Part shown: one piece after another, positions 1-8,954 of the stretch
Layout of the letters: every line of letters starts with the position of its first letter
Numbering within the stretch: the stretch's first letter is position 1
From: Candidatus Zixiibacteriota bacterium
GTDB lineage: Bacteria; Zixibacteria; MSB-5A5; GN15; FEB-12
DNA length: 23,365 bases
Direction of reading: 5' to 3'
Assembly: GCA_041742355.1 (NCBI GenBank)
Contig: JBGSIV010000266.1
Location: forward strand, 1 to 23,365
Translations under genes and position numbers: made by a program
The notes under the pieces: generated by a model
The model's input: the letters and a program-made list of their open reading frames with translations, nothing else
What the model was told of the DNA's origin: nothing
The model's database searches: none

Positions 1-2
1 AT

Positions 3-1895
3 ATCGAAATGAACTGAATTTCCAACTTGAATAGGGACATAGTCTTCAGGAGTGTATGAAGCATCCGCGCTGAAAACAACTTGTGTCATTCCAGATGAAT
101 CAACTTGATCGAAATTGATTGTTAATCCCGGTATGGGGGATACTTCAATATTGCTACCAGAGTCCGTCTGGGAGAAGGCCGTTCCATAGTCAAGTACTGT
201 GAGTGATGCCTTGAATTCGTCAGAGTATCTCTGTCCATTGCCGACCTGCAAAGAAATCTGATGTCTCCCGGGCGTAAGACCTGCTGCTACAAAGCTAGAG
301 GCATCACTCAGAAACCCGTCAATATCGGATCTCCATTCATATTCAGTGATCTCATACGGTTCATATATTGAGAACCCACCCCCAACAAAATAAACTGTAT
401 CACCAAGCATTGCGGCACTTGGATCAATACTGTGAATAAGAGCATGAGGCTTCTGGGTGTGTCCAGGCGTCGAGTAAAAACCGATCCAGCGTGTCAAAGA
501 GTCATTCGCAGGTCCTGGTGGGCCTGTGCAATCATCCGGTATACCCATCCAGGATGGTAACGGAGCCCAAGGGTTAGTGATATCATAATAATAAGGACCT
601 GACCCATAATCATATACTCGAGTTACCACACGCTTCTCTAAAGAGTTGTGAATGTTGTAACCATAGATATTGTTATCATTACAATTGACCCAAAAGAAGT
701 ACACTGGAGCATGACATTTTGGATTCAGAATCCTGCTCTTCAATTTCTTGTATTGGAGTGTAAACAAGACATCTCCACTATCAGGCAATATTCTTTTAGG
801 AACGTGACCATCGTCGATATCCGCACGACCAATGACCTTCACGATATCAAGAGGGCAGCAACCGCCACAGATGTTTTCGGTTTGATAAGCGAAACCTTCC
901 CATTCAAATAATCCGGGAGTTTCGAATATATTCCCTGGTAATACATCCTCTAGTAGCAACTCATCGCCGTCATATTTGACCAAGAAATCAAATGAAACAA
1001 GAGAATCCGTGTATCCCATTCTAACAACTTCAGCATCAATCTGGACTCTATCATCGCCTATGTCTCTGGGTTCAGTTAAGGAAATTGCGACGGGATCATT
1101 TTCACTAAATGGAAGCTCATGACTTCGCAATGGGACAGTGGAAACAACTCTCGTAGGATCGTCAGGGTCAACCCCGGAAGTCGATCCGAGTGTGCCATGG
1201 TTTGCGGTTGCGGATAAGTCCAGAATTTCTTGGTATGATAGTTCCTCATCGAAATTCCAGTAGCCGACTAACCCTTCGTCATATGTACATGCGGTGAATC
1301 GGTGATTTGCTGCAATTTGGGCGGCAGATCGAGCATAGTCCCACACCCGAAGTTCATCTATTTGCCCTGCAAACCCATAACCGCAGTCCCATCCCGATTG
1401 CCCCAGCATCAAAGGTACAGTATTTTCACCGCCCATCAAGTATGGCACAGATTGAACCAATGCACCATTAATAAATAGCGATAGAGTCGAACCATCATAT
1501 GTAGTTGCAACATGATACCAAACGTCCTGCAGAGGAGTGAGGGCGAATCTCCTTATGTCATCTCTTGAAAGAAAGCTCAGTGAATCCCAGGGTGAGACAG
1601 CAAATTGATAGTTGTCTAAATCATGAGAGCAGTTTTCGCCACGTTTTCCAAGAATGTGATAGTGATTCACACTTTGGTCTGCTGTCTTCATAAACCAGAA
1701 CTCTATTGTGAAGTTTGAGTTAGCTGAAAAACTTATATGACTGTCATTTGGAATCACTGCGCGATCATTTTCAAACTGAAGAGCGTATCCGGCATACTGG
1801 GCGTTTGTTATTGGAGTTAGAAGAGAAATGGTTACTATTACTAATGTTAAGAGATAACAAGTAGTCTTCAAGTATCTCACAATCATATACGACAT
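3..1895 (-). CDS. Secreted multidomain protein (signal peptide, LamG/concanavalin-like domain, cohesin-like domain, Ig/PKD-like region); 3' end lies beyond the left edge
   Basis: Absent from the ORF track, probably because it has no stop in the window. ATG at 1895 follows AGGAGAGG. Manual translation begins MSYMIVRYLKTTCYLLTLVIVTISLLTPITNA-QYAGYALQF and contains LamG motifs FTIEFWF, WYHVATTYDG, IDELRVWDYARS and LVGYWNFDE, then SFDFLVKYDG..WEGFAY..PVYFFWVNCNDN. No stop was found through ...GNSVHFD at the edge. Confidence 0.85.
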   Translation of the reverse strand, partial: MSYMIVRYLKTTCYLLTLVIVTISLLTPITNAQYAGYALQFENDRAVIPNDSHISFSANSNFTIEFWFMKTADQSVNHYHILGKRGENCSHDLDNYQFAVSPWDSLSFLSRDDIRRFALTPLQDVWYHVATTYDGSTLSLFINGALVQSVPYLMGGENTVPLMLGQSGWDCGYGFAGQIDELRVWDYARSAAQIAANHRFTACTYDEGLVGYWNFDEELSYQEILDLSATANHGTLGSTSGVDPDDPTRVVSTVPLRSHELPFSENDPVAISLTEPRDIGDDRVQIDAEVVRMGYTDSLVSFDFLVKYDGDELLLEDVLPGNIFETPGLFEWEGFAYQTENICGGCCPLDIVKVIGRADIDDGHVPKRILPDSGDVLFTLQYKKLKSRILNPKCHAPVYFFWVNCNDNNIYGYNIHNSLEKRVVTRVYDYGSGPYYYDITNPWAPLPSWMGIPDDCTGPPGPANDSLTRWIGFYSTPGHTQKPHALIHSIDPSAAMLGDTVYFVGGGFSIYEPYEITEYEWRSDIDGFLSDASSFVAAGLTPGRHQISLQVGNGQRYSDEFKASLTVLDYGTAFSQTDSGSNIEVSPIPGLTINFDQVDSSGMTQVVFSADASYTPEDYVPIQVGNSVHFD

Positions 1896-2313
1896 AGATT
1901 ACCTCTCCTATTAGTTGTGGTCCAGTTGTAACCTCAAGGTCTTCGATCTCTGAGCCAGTTCACTGTCATACACCTCGAAGAACCCAGCCAATGTCCGTTG
2001 ACCGAGTGAACGGTGCAGACAATGCTGATAGTAGTCTTGGTGTCTGTTTTTGATCTTGGTTTGGGCATCCAAGGAAGTACTATCTCCCATTCTTGCGGTT
2101 AGGGGCTACGCCAATTGACTAACGACATTCACCGTTGACACCGGAGTCCAGGTGAAGGCTAACTGCCAAATGCCGCTGCAGGCAGCAGGGTGGTCAAATC
2201 AGCAGCTTTGCGATGGCAAGAGCGGTTGGGCTCCTGCCATACAGCTTTAGCCCCCTTTCAGCATCCCACCACCGGCGCCGGACCTCCTTGGAACAAGTTC
2301 TCGGCCATGAAAT

Positions 2314-5037
2314 TCAGTCGCAAACGACTGGAGCTGCTCCTCCTTTGAAGAGGTAGTTCACGAGGTAGGTCAAGTCGGAGACAATGATCTTGCTGTCTGC
2401 ATTGACATCGCCATGTGCCGAACACCCGGGACGGGGTCCGCTCTTGAACAAGAAGTTCACGAGGTAGGTCAGATCGCTGACGATGACCCTGCCGTCACTG
2501 TTCACATCGCCGCGCATGACACAGCAGGTATTGCAGACATCACCGATGCCATCACCATAGGTGTCTTCTTGTCCTGGGTTAAAATCATTTGGGCAGTTGT
2601 CGCACAGGTCGCCAATGGCGTCAATATCGCCGTCGGCCTGATCAGGATTGGGGAGAGCGGGGCAGTTGTCGCATACATTACCGTCGCCATCAGCATCCCC
2701 GTCCTCTTGACCGGGATTGAAAACGGAGGGGCAATTGTCGAGATCGTTAGGTATGGTGTCGTTGTCCGTATCTAGCTTCGTCCATGCTGCAAGTGCTGAC
2801 GCAACCTTGCCGCCAGCAGTTAAGAAATCGCCCCCCGCTAACAGCTTCCCATCGAATGCCGTCAGGGCAAGGACGCAGCGGTGTCTTCCTCCCACACCTG
2901 CTAAGCCAGACCCTAAGGGCGACCAACTGCTTCCGACCCAAGAGGCGATGTCGTTCGCTGTAACGCCGCCAGCCGTGTCGAAATCGCCCCCCGCTATCAG
3001 CTTGCCGTCGTATACAGTCAGGGAACGGACACGGTTATTCGTCCCCGAACCCAGGGGAGTCCAGCCGCTCCCATCCCATGAGGCGACGTTGTTCGCCGGC
3101 ACGCCGCCAGCAGTGACGAAATCTCCCCCCGCTATCAGCATTAAGTCATAAACGGTTAAGGCAAAGACACAGCTATCCACCCCCGTCCCCAAGGGAGTCC
3201 AGCCGCTCCTATCCCAAGCGGCAATGTAATTGGCAGCGTCGCCGCCAGCCGTGGTGAAGCAGCCCCCGGCTATCAGATTTCCCTCATAAACCGTCAGGGC
3301 ATAGACAGGGCCGCTCATACCCGTACCCACGGGCGTCCAAACGCTCCCGTCCCAAGAGGCAATGTTGTTCGCTGTAACGCCGCCAGCCGTGTCGAAATCG
3401 CCCCCAGCTATCAGCTTGCCGTCATATACAGTCAGGGAACGGACACGGTCATTCGTCCCCAAACCTAGGGGCGACCAATTGCTCCCATTCCAAGAGGCGA
3501 TGTTGTTCGCCGTCCCGCCACCAGCCGTGACGAAATCCCCCCCTGCTATCAGCATTCCGTCATAGACGGTTAAGGAACGGACACAACTATCTACCCCCGT
3601 CCCCAGGGAAGTCCAGCCGCTCCCATCCCATGAGGCAACGTATTTCGCGTCTGGAGTACCAATTATCGAGAACGACCCACCGGCTATTAGACTTCCCTCG
3701 TATTCAGCGAGCGTCGCGCATGTGTGGTACACGCCCGCTTCTAGGGCCGACCACTCAATGCCGTCCCAAGAGGCAATGAAACTCGCCGTCACTCCGCCAG
3801 CCTGCCAGAAGTAACCGCCTGCTATCAGATTTCCATTGTACACTGTCACTGTTCCCACGATACCGTAGAGGTTCATTCCCGTGCCCAAGGGAGACCAGTT
3901 GCTCCCGTCCCAAGAGGCTATATATGGCAATTCCCAATCATCACCAGCGGACGTGTGAATAGATCCCCCCGCTATCAACTTCCCGTTGTAAACCGTGAGG
4001 GCAATCACGTAATCACTTTGCAGCCCTGCCCCGAGCGGTGCCCAGCTGCTCCCATCCCATCTGGCAATCAGATGCGCTGTCTCACCACCTGCAGCGTGAA
4101 AGGCACCCCCTGCAATTAGCTCGCCATTGTACACGGTTAGTGCTTCAACGCGCGGGCCGAACCACGGATACAACTGCATCCCCGAGCCCAATGCCGACCA
4201 GCCATTTCCATTCCACGAGGCGATTGCATTCGCGACGACACCGCCAGCCGTGACAAACCTACCTCCTACGATGAGGTCTCCTTCATAAACACACAGGCTA
4301 TGAGCAGTGCTGTCCACTCCCGATCCCAACGACGACCAGCCCCCCCCGTTCCACGATGCGATGTGATTTACGGCCGAGTCACCAGACATCGTGAACGCCC
4401 CGCCTGCGATCAATTCTCCGTTGTAAACCGCGAGTGCCTCCACGCTGTCGTCAAGCCCCGCTCCGACAGGTGACCAACTGGCACCATTCCACGAGGCGAT
4501 GTAATTGGCGTCCACGCCACCAGCGGTCGTGAACCAGCCCCCAGCTATCAGCTGGTCTTCAAAGACGGTCAAGGCGCGGACAGTATTGTTCATCCCTTGC
4601 CCCAAGGGGGACCATTCGGTCCCATCCCAAGCGGCTATCCTGCTCGCTAATACATCTCCCGCTACCTCGAACCAGCCACCGGCAACTAATCTGCCGTCCC
4701 ACACGGTCAGAGCAGTGACGTAAAAATCCATACCCGGAAGCGACGGAGAGATACTGTTGTCCCAGTAGATGTCATCGGGTTGGTCGGCAGGAGAGGCCGG
4801 AGAGTCCGGCCGAAAGACAGGCCGACCCGTGACCGGGTCCACGGCAGCCTGAAAGCCTTCAATGTCCAGAGACCCCTGATACCCCGATCTGCGCGCGGCT
4901 TCGAGGTCGAATTGGCCGTCAGGAGTGAGAAATTCGCTGACACTTCGGCCTGAGGGCTGACTAATCGTGGAATTATCAGCTGAGACGGTACCCGCGAAAA
5001 GCAGGCCCAATGAGAATACAATGACGGTGGACTTCAT
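2314..5037 (-). CDS. Secreted repeat beta-propeller protein with thrombospondin type-3 Ca-binding repeats and a C-terminal type I dockerin
   Basis: Signal peptide, then roughly a dozen repeats of V..LTVYDG.LIAGG.F.TAGG..AN.IA.WDG..W..LG.G. TSP3 motifs DNDTIPNDLDNCP and DGDGNVCDNCP. Duplicated dockerin motif GDVNSDGRVIVSDLTYLVNFLF / GDVNADSKIIVSDLTYLVNYLF. SD-like GGGAG upstream. Confidence 0.9.
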   Translation of the reverse strand: MKSTVIVFSLGLLFAGTVSADNSTISQPSGRSVSEFLTPDGQFDLEAARRSGYQGSLDIEGFQAAVDPVTGRPVFRPDSPASPADQPDDIYWDNSISPSLPGMDFYVTALTVWDGRLVAGGWFEVAGDVLASRIAAWDGTEWSPLGQGMNNTVRALTVFEDQLIAGGWFTTAGGVDANYIASWNGASWSPVGAGLDDSVEALAVYNGELIAGGAFTMSGDSAVNHIASWNGGGWSSLGSGVDSTAHSLCVYEGDLIVGGRFVTAGGVVANAIASWNGNGWSALGSGMQLYPWFGPRVEALTVYNGELIAGGAFHAAGGETAHLIARWDGSSWAPLGAGLQSDYVIALTVYNGKLIAGGSIHTSAGDDWELPYIASWDGSNWSPLGTGMNLYGIVGTVTVYNGNLIAGGYFWQAGGVTASFIASWDGIEWSALEAGVYHTCATLAEYEGSLIAGGSFSIIGTPDAKYVASWDGSGWTSLGTGVDSCVRSLTVYDGMLIAGGDFVTAGGGTANNIASWNGSNWSPLGLGTNDRVRSLTVYDGKLIAGGDFDTAGGVTANNIASWDGSVWTPVGTGMSGPVYALTVYEGNLIAGGCFTTAGGDAANYIAAWDRSGWTPLGTGVDSCVFALTVYDLMLIAGGDFVTAGGVPANNVASWDGSGWTPLGSGTNNRVRSLTVYDGKLIAGGDFDTAGGVTANDIASWVGSSWSPLGSGLAGVGGRHRCVLALTAFDGKLLAGGDFLTAGGKVASALAAWTKLDTDNDTIPNDLDNCPSVFNPGQEDGDADGDGNVCDNCPALPNPDQADGDIDAIGDLCDNCPNDFNPGQEDTYGDGIGDVCNTCCVMRGDVNSDGRVIVSDLTYLVNFLFKSGPRPGCSAHGDVNADSKIIVSDLTYLVNYLFKGGAAPVVCD

Positions 5038-5102
5038 GAAGACTCCCTACGTCGGTGATTCGGCACTTCACGGCTGGTACATTTCCCTACGCAAACTCTT
5101 AT

Positions 5103-5131
5103 AAGCTAATAAACATGGATCGTTTCATCAA
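5103..5131 (-). promoter_or_regulatory. Putative sigma70 promoter of the dockerin protein gene
   Basis: Minus strand reads TTGATG-17 nt-TAGCTT, about 65 nt upstream of the ATG. Confidence 0.4.
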
Positions 5132-5241
5132 GTAAGGAATTCGTGAGTCCGTCGATGCGAACACGGTTATCCCCTTCCTCGGCAAAAGGTGGTTGGTAGG
5201 CTGCGAGTCCAGCCCGCCGGATCCAAGGAAATATCCGGGAG

Positions 5242-5270
5242 TTGACAGAAGCGCCGCGGAGTGGCATCGT
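5242..5270 (+). promoter_or_regulatory. Putative sigma70 promoter of the deacetylase gene (possibly leaderless)
   Basis: Perfect TTGACA (5242-5247), 17-nt spacer ending TGG, then CATCGT (5265-5270), 5 nt before the ATG at 5276. Confidence 0.5.
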
Positions 5271-5275
5271 AGGGC

Positions 5276-6121
5276 ATGAAGATCGTCTTCGATCCCTCCT
5301 GCCTGACCTACCAGCAGTCAGGCCACCCGGAGTCGCCCCGACGCGTCAAGCTGGCGTACGACTATCTCCAGAGCAAGGGCGAGACAATCGCGCCCGAACC
5401 CGCCACCGAAACCGACATCCTCACCGTCCACTCCCCCTACCATCTCGAAACCGTGCGCAACGGCTGGTACATGGATATCGACACCCCCGCCCTGCCATTC
5501 ATGTTCGACCACGCACTGAAATCGGTCGGCGGGGCGCTCACCGCGATGCGCCTGGCGCTCGATGGACAGCAGGCAATTTCCCTCATGCGCCCGCCGGGAC
5601 ACCACGCCGGCCGCGACTACCTCGGCGGCTTCTGCTACTTCAACAACGTCGCAATCGCTACCGCCCGCGCGCTGGAACAGGTCGGCAAAGTCGCGATTAT
5701 CGATTTCGACTGCCACCACGGCAACGGCACCGAGGACATCTTCCGCGGGGACGAACGCGTCGTCTACCTGTCGCTGCACCAGAGCCCGTTCTACCCGGGG
5801 ACCGGATTGCGCTCGGACGGGAATATCATCAACTACCCGCTCGGTGACGGCACCGACGACACGAGCTGGCTGGCGGCCCTCGATGACGGCCTGACGAAAA
5901 TCCGCGCCTGGGGGCCGGATCTGATTGCAGCGTCGGCGGGATTCGATTCGTACGAAAAGGACAGGTTTTCGTTCCACATGCTGCGGCTGGAGACGTTCGA
6001 GCGGGTGGGAGAGAAAATAGCGGCGCTGGGCCGTCCGGTGTTTTCGGTCCTGGAGGGCGGCTATTCCGACGAAGTAGGCCGCTGTGTGGAAGTGTACATG
6101 CGGGGATTGGCAACGCGGTAG
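5276..6121 (+). CDS. Histone deacetylase-family (Zn-dependent) deacetylase
   Basis: Motifs HPESPRR, RPPGHHA, GFCYFNNVAIA, DFDCHHGNGTEDIF, SLHQ..PGTG, SAGFD and LEGGY. Confidence 0.95.
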   Translation: MKIVFDPSCLTYQQSGHPESPRRVKLAYDYLQSKGETIAPEPATETDILTVHSPYHLETVRNGWYMDIDTPALPFMFDHALKSVGGALTAMRLALDGQQAISLMRPPGHHAGRDYLGGFCYFNNVAIATARALEQVGKVAIIDFDCHHGNGTEDIFRGDERVVYLSLHQSPFYPGTGLRSDGNIINYPLGDGTDDTSWLAALDDGLTKIRAWGPDLIAASAGFDSYEKDRFSFHMLRLETFERVGEKIAALGRPVFSVLEGGYSDEVGRCVEVYMRGLATR

Positions 6122-6165
6122 ACGATTGGTAGAACCGGAGATCGGGAACGGAATCCCACCGTTGG

Positions 6166-6313
6166 GGCCTGTTGGAAAAGCCAGCACGAGCCGGTCGAAG
6201 TCATTGCGAGGAGCGGAGCGACGAAGCAATCTCTCTTCGTACCAGCGGCTTGGCCAGAGGAGAGATCGCTTCGCTAGCTCGCGATGACTGGTCATAGACT
6301 TTTTCAACAGGCC
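6166..6313. mobile_element. 148-bp MITE-like element with 15-bp terminal inverted repeats and a 6-bp target duplication
   Basis: Left end GGCCTGTTGGAAAAG (6166-6180) and right end CTTTTTCAACAGGCC (6299-6313) differ by one mismatch. CGTTGG flanks both sides (6160-6165 and 6314-6319). Too short to encode a transposase. Confidence 0.7.
6200..6288. repeat. RPE-like bipartite palindromic element nested in the MITE
   Basis: GTCATTGCGAGGAGCGGAGCGACGAAGCAATCTC (6200-6233) pairs imperfectly with GAGATCGCTTCGCTAGCTCGCGATGAC (6262-6288). It resembles the widespread GTCATTGCGAG...GCAATGAC palindromic repeats. Confidence 0.75.
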
Positions 6314-6333
6314 CGTTGGCTGGGGTATAGCGT

Positions 6334-6756
6334 ATGAAACGATTTGAGTTTCTCGAACACACCGCGGACATCATTGTTAAGGGATACGGCGACTCGCTTG
6401 CCGAAGCGTTCGCCGGGGCCGCCGACGGCCTGTTTGCTGTCATCACCGATATTGCCCGCATCGAGCCGAGACAACCGATCGAAATTGCGGTCGAATCGAT
6501 CGACCGCGAGGGATTGCTCGTGCGGTTTCTCTCGGAGTTGATCGTGCGGCACGAAGTCGACCGGATTGTGGCGAAAGATTTCGTCGTGACCTTCGACGGC
6601 GACAACAGGCTGCAGGCAATCGGCGCCGGTGAGCCGTTCGACAACACCCGGCACGAATCGGGGATGCACGTCAAGGCGGTGTCGTACCACATGATCGACG
6701 TCGTTGATCGCGGAGCCACAGGCGAAAGCTCTGTGCAGGTCGTGGTGGATGTTTGA
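6334..6756 (+). CDS. Archease (RtcB activating cofactor)
   Basis: N-terminal FEFLEHTADIIVKGYG.SLAEAF, central LLVRFLSELI, C-terminal VKAVSYH...VVVDV; 140 aa; upstream of rtcB. Confidence 0.95.
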   Translation: MKRFEFLEHTADIIVKGYGDSLAEAFAGAADGLFAVITDIARIEPRQPIEIAVESIDREGLLVRFLSELIVRHEVDRIVAKDFVVTFDGDNRLQAIGAGEPFDNTRHESGMHVKAVSYHMIDVVDRGATGESSVQVVVDV

Positions 6757-6782
6757 GGAGCTGTGGCCTGTTGAAAAGGCGC

Positions 6783-7424
6783 GACGTAGCACGACGTAGG
6801 GCACGACCCTTCAGCGGTCGTGCCTCCTCTTCTGACGGGATCCTGAAGGTCGTAGGTCGGGTTCCGAGGCGCACCGCGCCGAGAAACCCGACTTGGTATC
6901 GGTGAAGATTCAGACCCGACTTGGTACCGGTGAAGATTCAGAGTCGTGGGTCGGGTTCCAAAGCGAGCGCCGCAGGCGCGACGCGAAGAAACCCGACATG
7001 AAGGAGAATGGGTCACATAGTAGGTCAGGCTGCTTGCAGCCTGAAAGAATGAACAGGTAACCCGCAGCTCTGCTGCGGGCAGCCTGATACGAGTACTTTT
7101 CGTGTAGGTCAGGCTGCTTGCAGCCTGACATGGCGACGCGAAATCCGACCGTGCACCTGTACAAGCACAAGCCCGAACAGCAGATCAACCGTCACCCTGA
7201 GCGGAGTCGAAGGGTGACCGGAGCCGAAGGGTGACAGGCCGGTAGGTCAAGCACCGGTCTCGGTGCTTGACATGAGTCTCGTTGCTTGACACACTGTCGT
7301 AGGTCGGGTTCCGAGGAGCACCGCGCCGAGAAACCCGACTGGACAAAGCGCCCACACACGCGTACCCCACAGCTTGCTGTGGGGTCAGCTGATGCAGAGG
7401 GTCGCCCACAGCTTGCTGTGGGGT
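6783..7424 (+). repeat. Heterogeneous cluster 1 of REP-like hairpins between archease and rtcB
   Basis: Hairpins at 6796-6824 (GTAGGGCACGAC..GTCGTGCC); 6852-6892, 6946-6997 and 7299-7339 (GTRGGTCGGGTTCC..GAAACCCGAC); 7020-7044 and 7104-7129 (GTAGGTCAGGCTGCTTGCAGCCTGA); 7051-7080 (GTAACCCGCAGC..GCTGCGGG); 7191-7218 (GTCACCCTGAGCGGAGTCGAAGGGTGAC); 7242-7271 (GTAGGTCAAGCACCG..CGGTGCTTGAC); 7362-7385 and 7401-7424 (CCCACAGCTTGCTGTGGG). Confidence 0.85.
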
Positions 7425-7466
7425 CGTCGGCCTGGAGCCTGACACATTACTCGCATGGAGTAACCT

Positions 7467-8945
7467 ATGGCATGGCAGGGTTCTCTCGACCAGATCGACA
7501 AGTGGCGGTACCAGATTCCGCAGAAATTCACCCACCAGCTCTTCCGGGACAAAGGGCTGAAGATGAATGTCCCGGGACTGATATTCAGCGACGAAAAGAT
7601 GATGGAGACGATCCGCCGCGATGATTCCCTCTACCAGGTCGCCAACGTGGCGACCCTGCCCGGGATAATCGGCAAGTCGATTGCCATGCCCGATATCCAC
7701 CACGGCTACGGCTTCGCGATCTGCGCGGTGGCGGCGTTCGACGACGCACAGGGAGTCATCTCGCCGGGCGGTGTGGGCTACGATATCAACTGCGGCGTGC
7801 GCTTGATGCGGACCGGACTGACCATCAAGGACGTCCTGCCGCGAATCGAGAAGCTGATCGACACAATGTTCAACAACGTGCCGTCGGGCGTGGGCTCTTC
7901 CGGACGGATCAAGCTGTCGACCCCCGAAGTTGACGAGGTGCTGGCGACCGGCGCGCGCTGGGCTATCGGCCGAGGATACGGCTGGAACGAGGATCTCGAT
8001 GTCATGGAAGAGGGGGGATGCCTCGAGCAAAACGACCCGAGGCTGATCTCCCGCGACGCTAAGAGCCGCGGCCACGATCAGCTCGGAACACTCGGCGCGG
8101 GAAACCACTTCCTCGAGGTACAGCAGGTCGACGCGATTTACGACAGAGCTACCGCCGCGGCCTTCGGAATCGAGGAAGTTGGGCAGGTGACCGTGATGAT
8201 TCACACCGGCTCGCGCGGATTGGGCCACCAGGTATGCACGGACTACCTCGATTCGATGCGCCGGGCGGCGAAAAAGTACGAGATCCCCCTGCCCGATCAG
8301 CAGCTGATGTGCGCGCCGGTCAACACGCCGGAAGCGAACCAGTACTTCCTGGCGATGAACTCCGCGGCGAACTTCGCCTGGTGCAACCGCCAGATGATCA
8401 TGCACTGGGTGCGCGAGTCGTTCGAGGCGGTGTTCCGCCAGCCGGCTAATCGTCTGGGCCTGCGGCTGATCTACGACATCGCCCACAACATGGCCAAACG
8501 GGAGCAGCACGAGGTCGAGGGAAAGCAGCGCTGGGTGTATGTCCACCGCAAAGGGGCGACCCGCGCATTCGGGCCGGGGCACCGGGATATCCCGGAGAAG
8601 TACCGCGCAGTCGGCCAGCCGGTGATCATCCCGGGCGATATGGGAACCGCAAGCTACCTGCTCGTCGGGACCGAACAGGCGATGAAGGAGACTTTCGGAT
8701 CATCCTGCCACGGCGCGGGCCGGATGCTCTCGCGGACAGCGTCGATCAAGCAGCACAGCGCCGACGAGGTCATCCGCAAGTTGAACGAGGGCGGGATCTA
8801 CCTGCGGGCAAAAAGCAAGCGGGTGGTCGCCGAAGAAGCGCCGGGGGCATACAAGAGTGTCGACGCAGTCGTGGAGATCTCGCACAGCGCCGGGATCACG
8901 AAAAGAGTGGCGCGACTGCGGCCGGTGGGTGTGGTGAAAGGATAG
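7467..8945 (+). CDS. rtcB: RtcB RNA 2',3'-cyclic phosphate/3'-phosphate-5'-OH ligase (long, archease-associated type)
   Basis: Motifs MPDIHHGYGF, GVGYDINCGVRL, GTLGAGNHFLEVQ, HTGSRGLGHQ, YDIAHN, HRKGAT, PGDMG, HGAGR and EEAPGAYK; SD GGAG upstream. Confidence 0.97.
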   Translation: MAWQGSLDQIDKWRYQIPQKFTHQLFRDKGLKMNVPGLIFSDEKMMETIRRDDSLYQVANVATLPGIIGKSIAMPDIHHGYGFAICAVAAFDDAQGVISPGGVGYDINCGVRLMRTGLTIKDVLPRIEKLIDTMFNNVPSGVGSSGRIKLSTPEVDEVLATGARWAIGRGYGWNEDLDVMEEGGCLEQNDPRLISRDAKSRGHDQLGTLGAGNHFLEVQQVDAIYDRATAAAFGIEEVGQVTVMIHTGSRGLGHQVCTDYLDSMRRAAKKYEIPLPDQQLMCAPVNTPEANQYFLAMNSAANFAWCNRQMIMHWVRESFEAVFRQPANRLGLRLIYDIAHNMAKREQHEVEGKQRWVYVHRKGATRAFGPGHRDIPEKYRAVGQPVIIPGDMGTASYLLVGTEQAMKETFGSSCHGAGRMLSRTASIKQHSADEVIRKLNEGGIYLRAKSKRVVAEEAPGAYKSVDAVVEISHSAGITKRVARLRPVGVVKG

Positions 8946-8954
8946 AGGGTTGTG

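Noticed and set aside
648..911. 87-aa plus-strand ORF
   Set aside because: It is antisense to the long minus-strand LamG/cohesin-like gene and has no recognisable motif.
5318..8582. Long minus-strand ORFs 5318-6307, 6201-7016, 6304-6804 and 7185-8582
   Set aside because: Antisense shadows of well-supported genes or repeats in GC-rich DNA.
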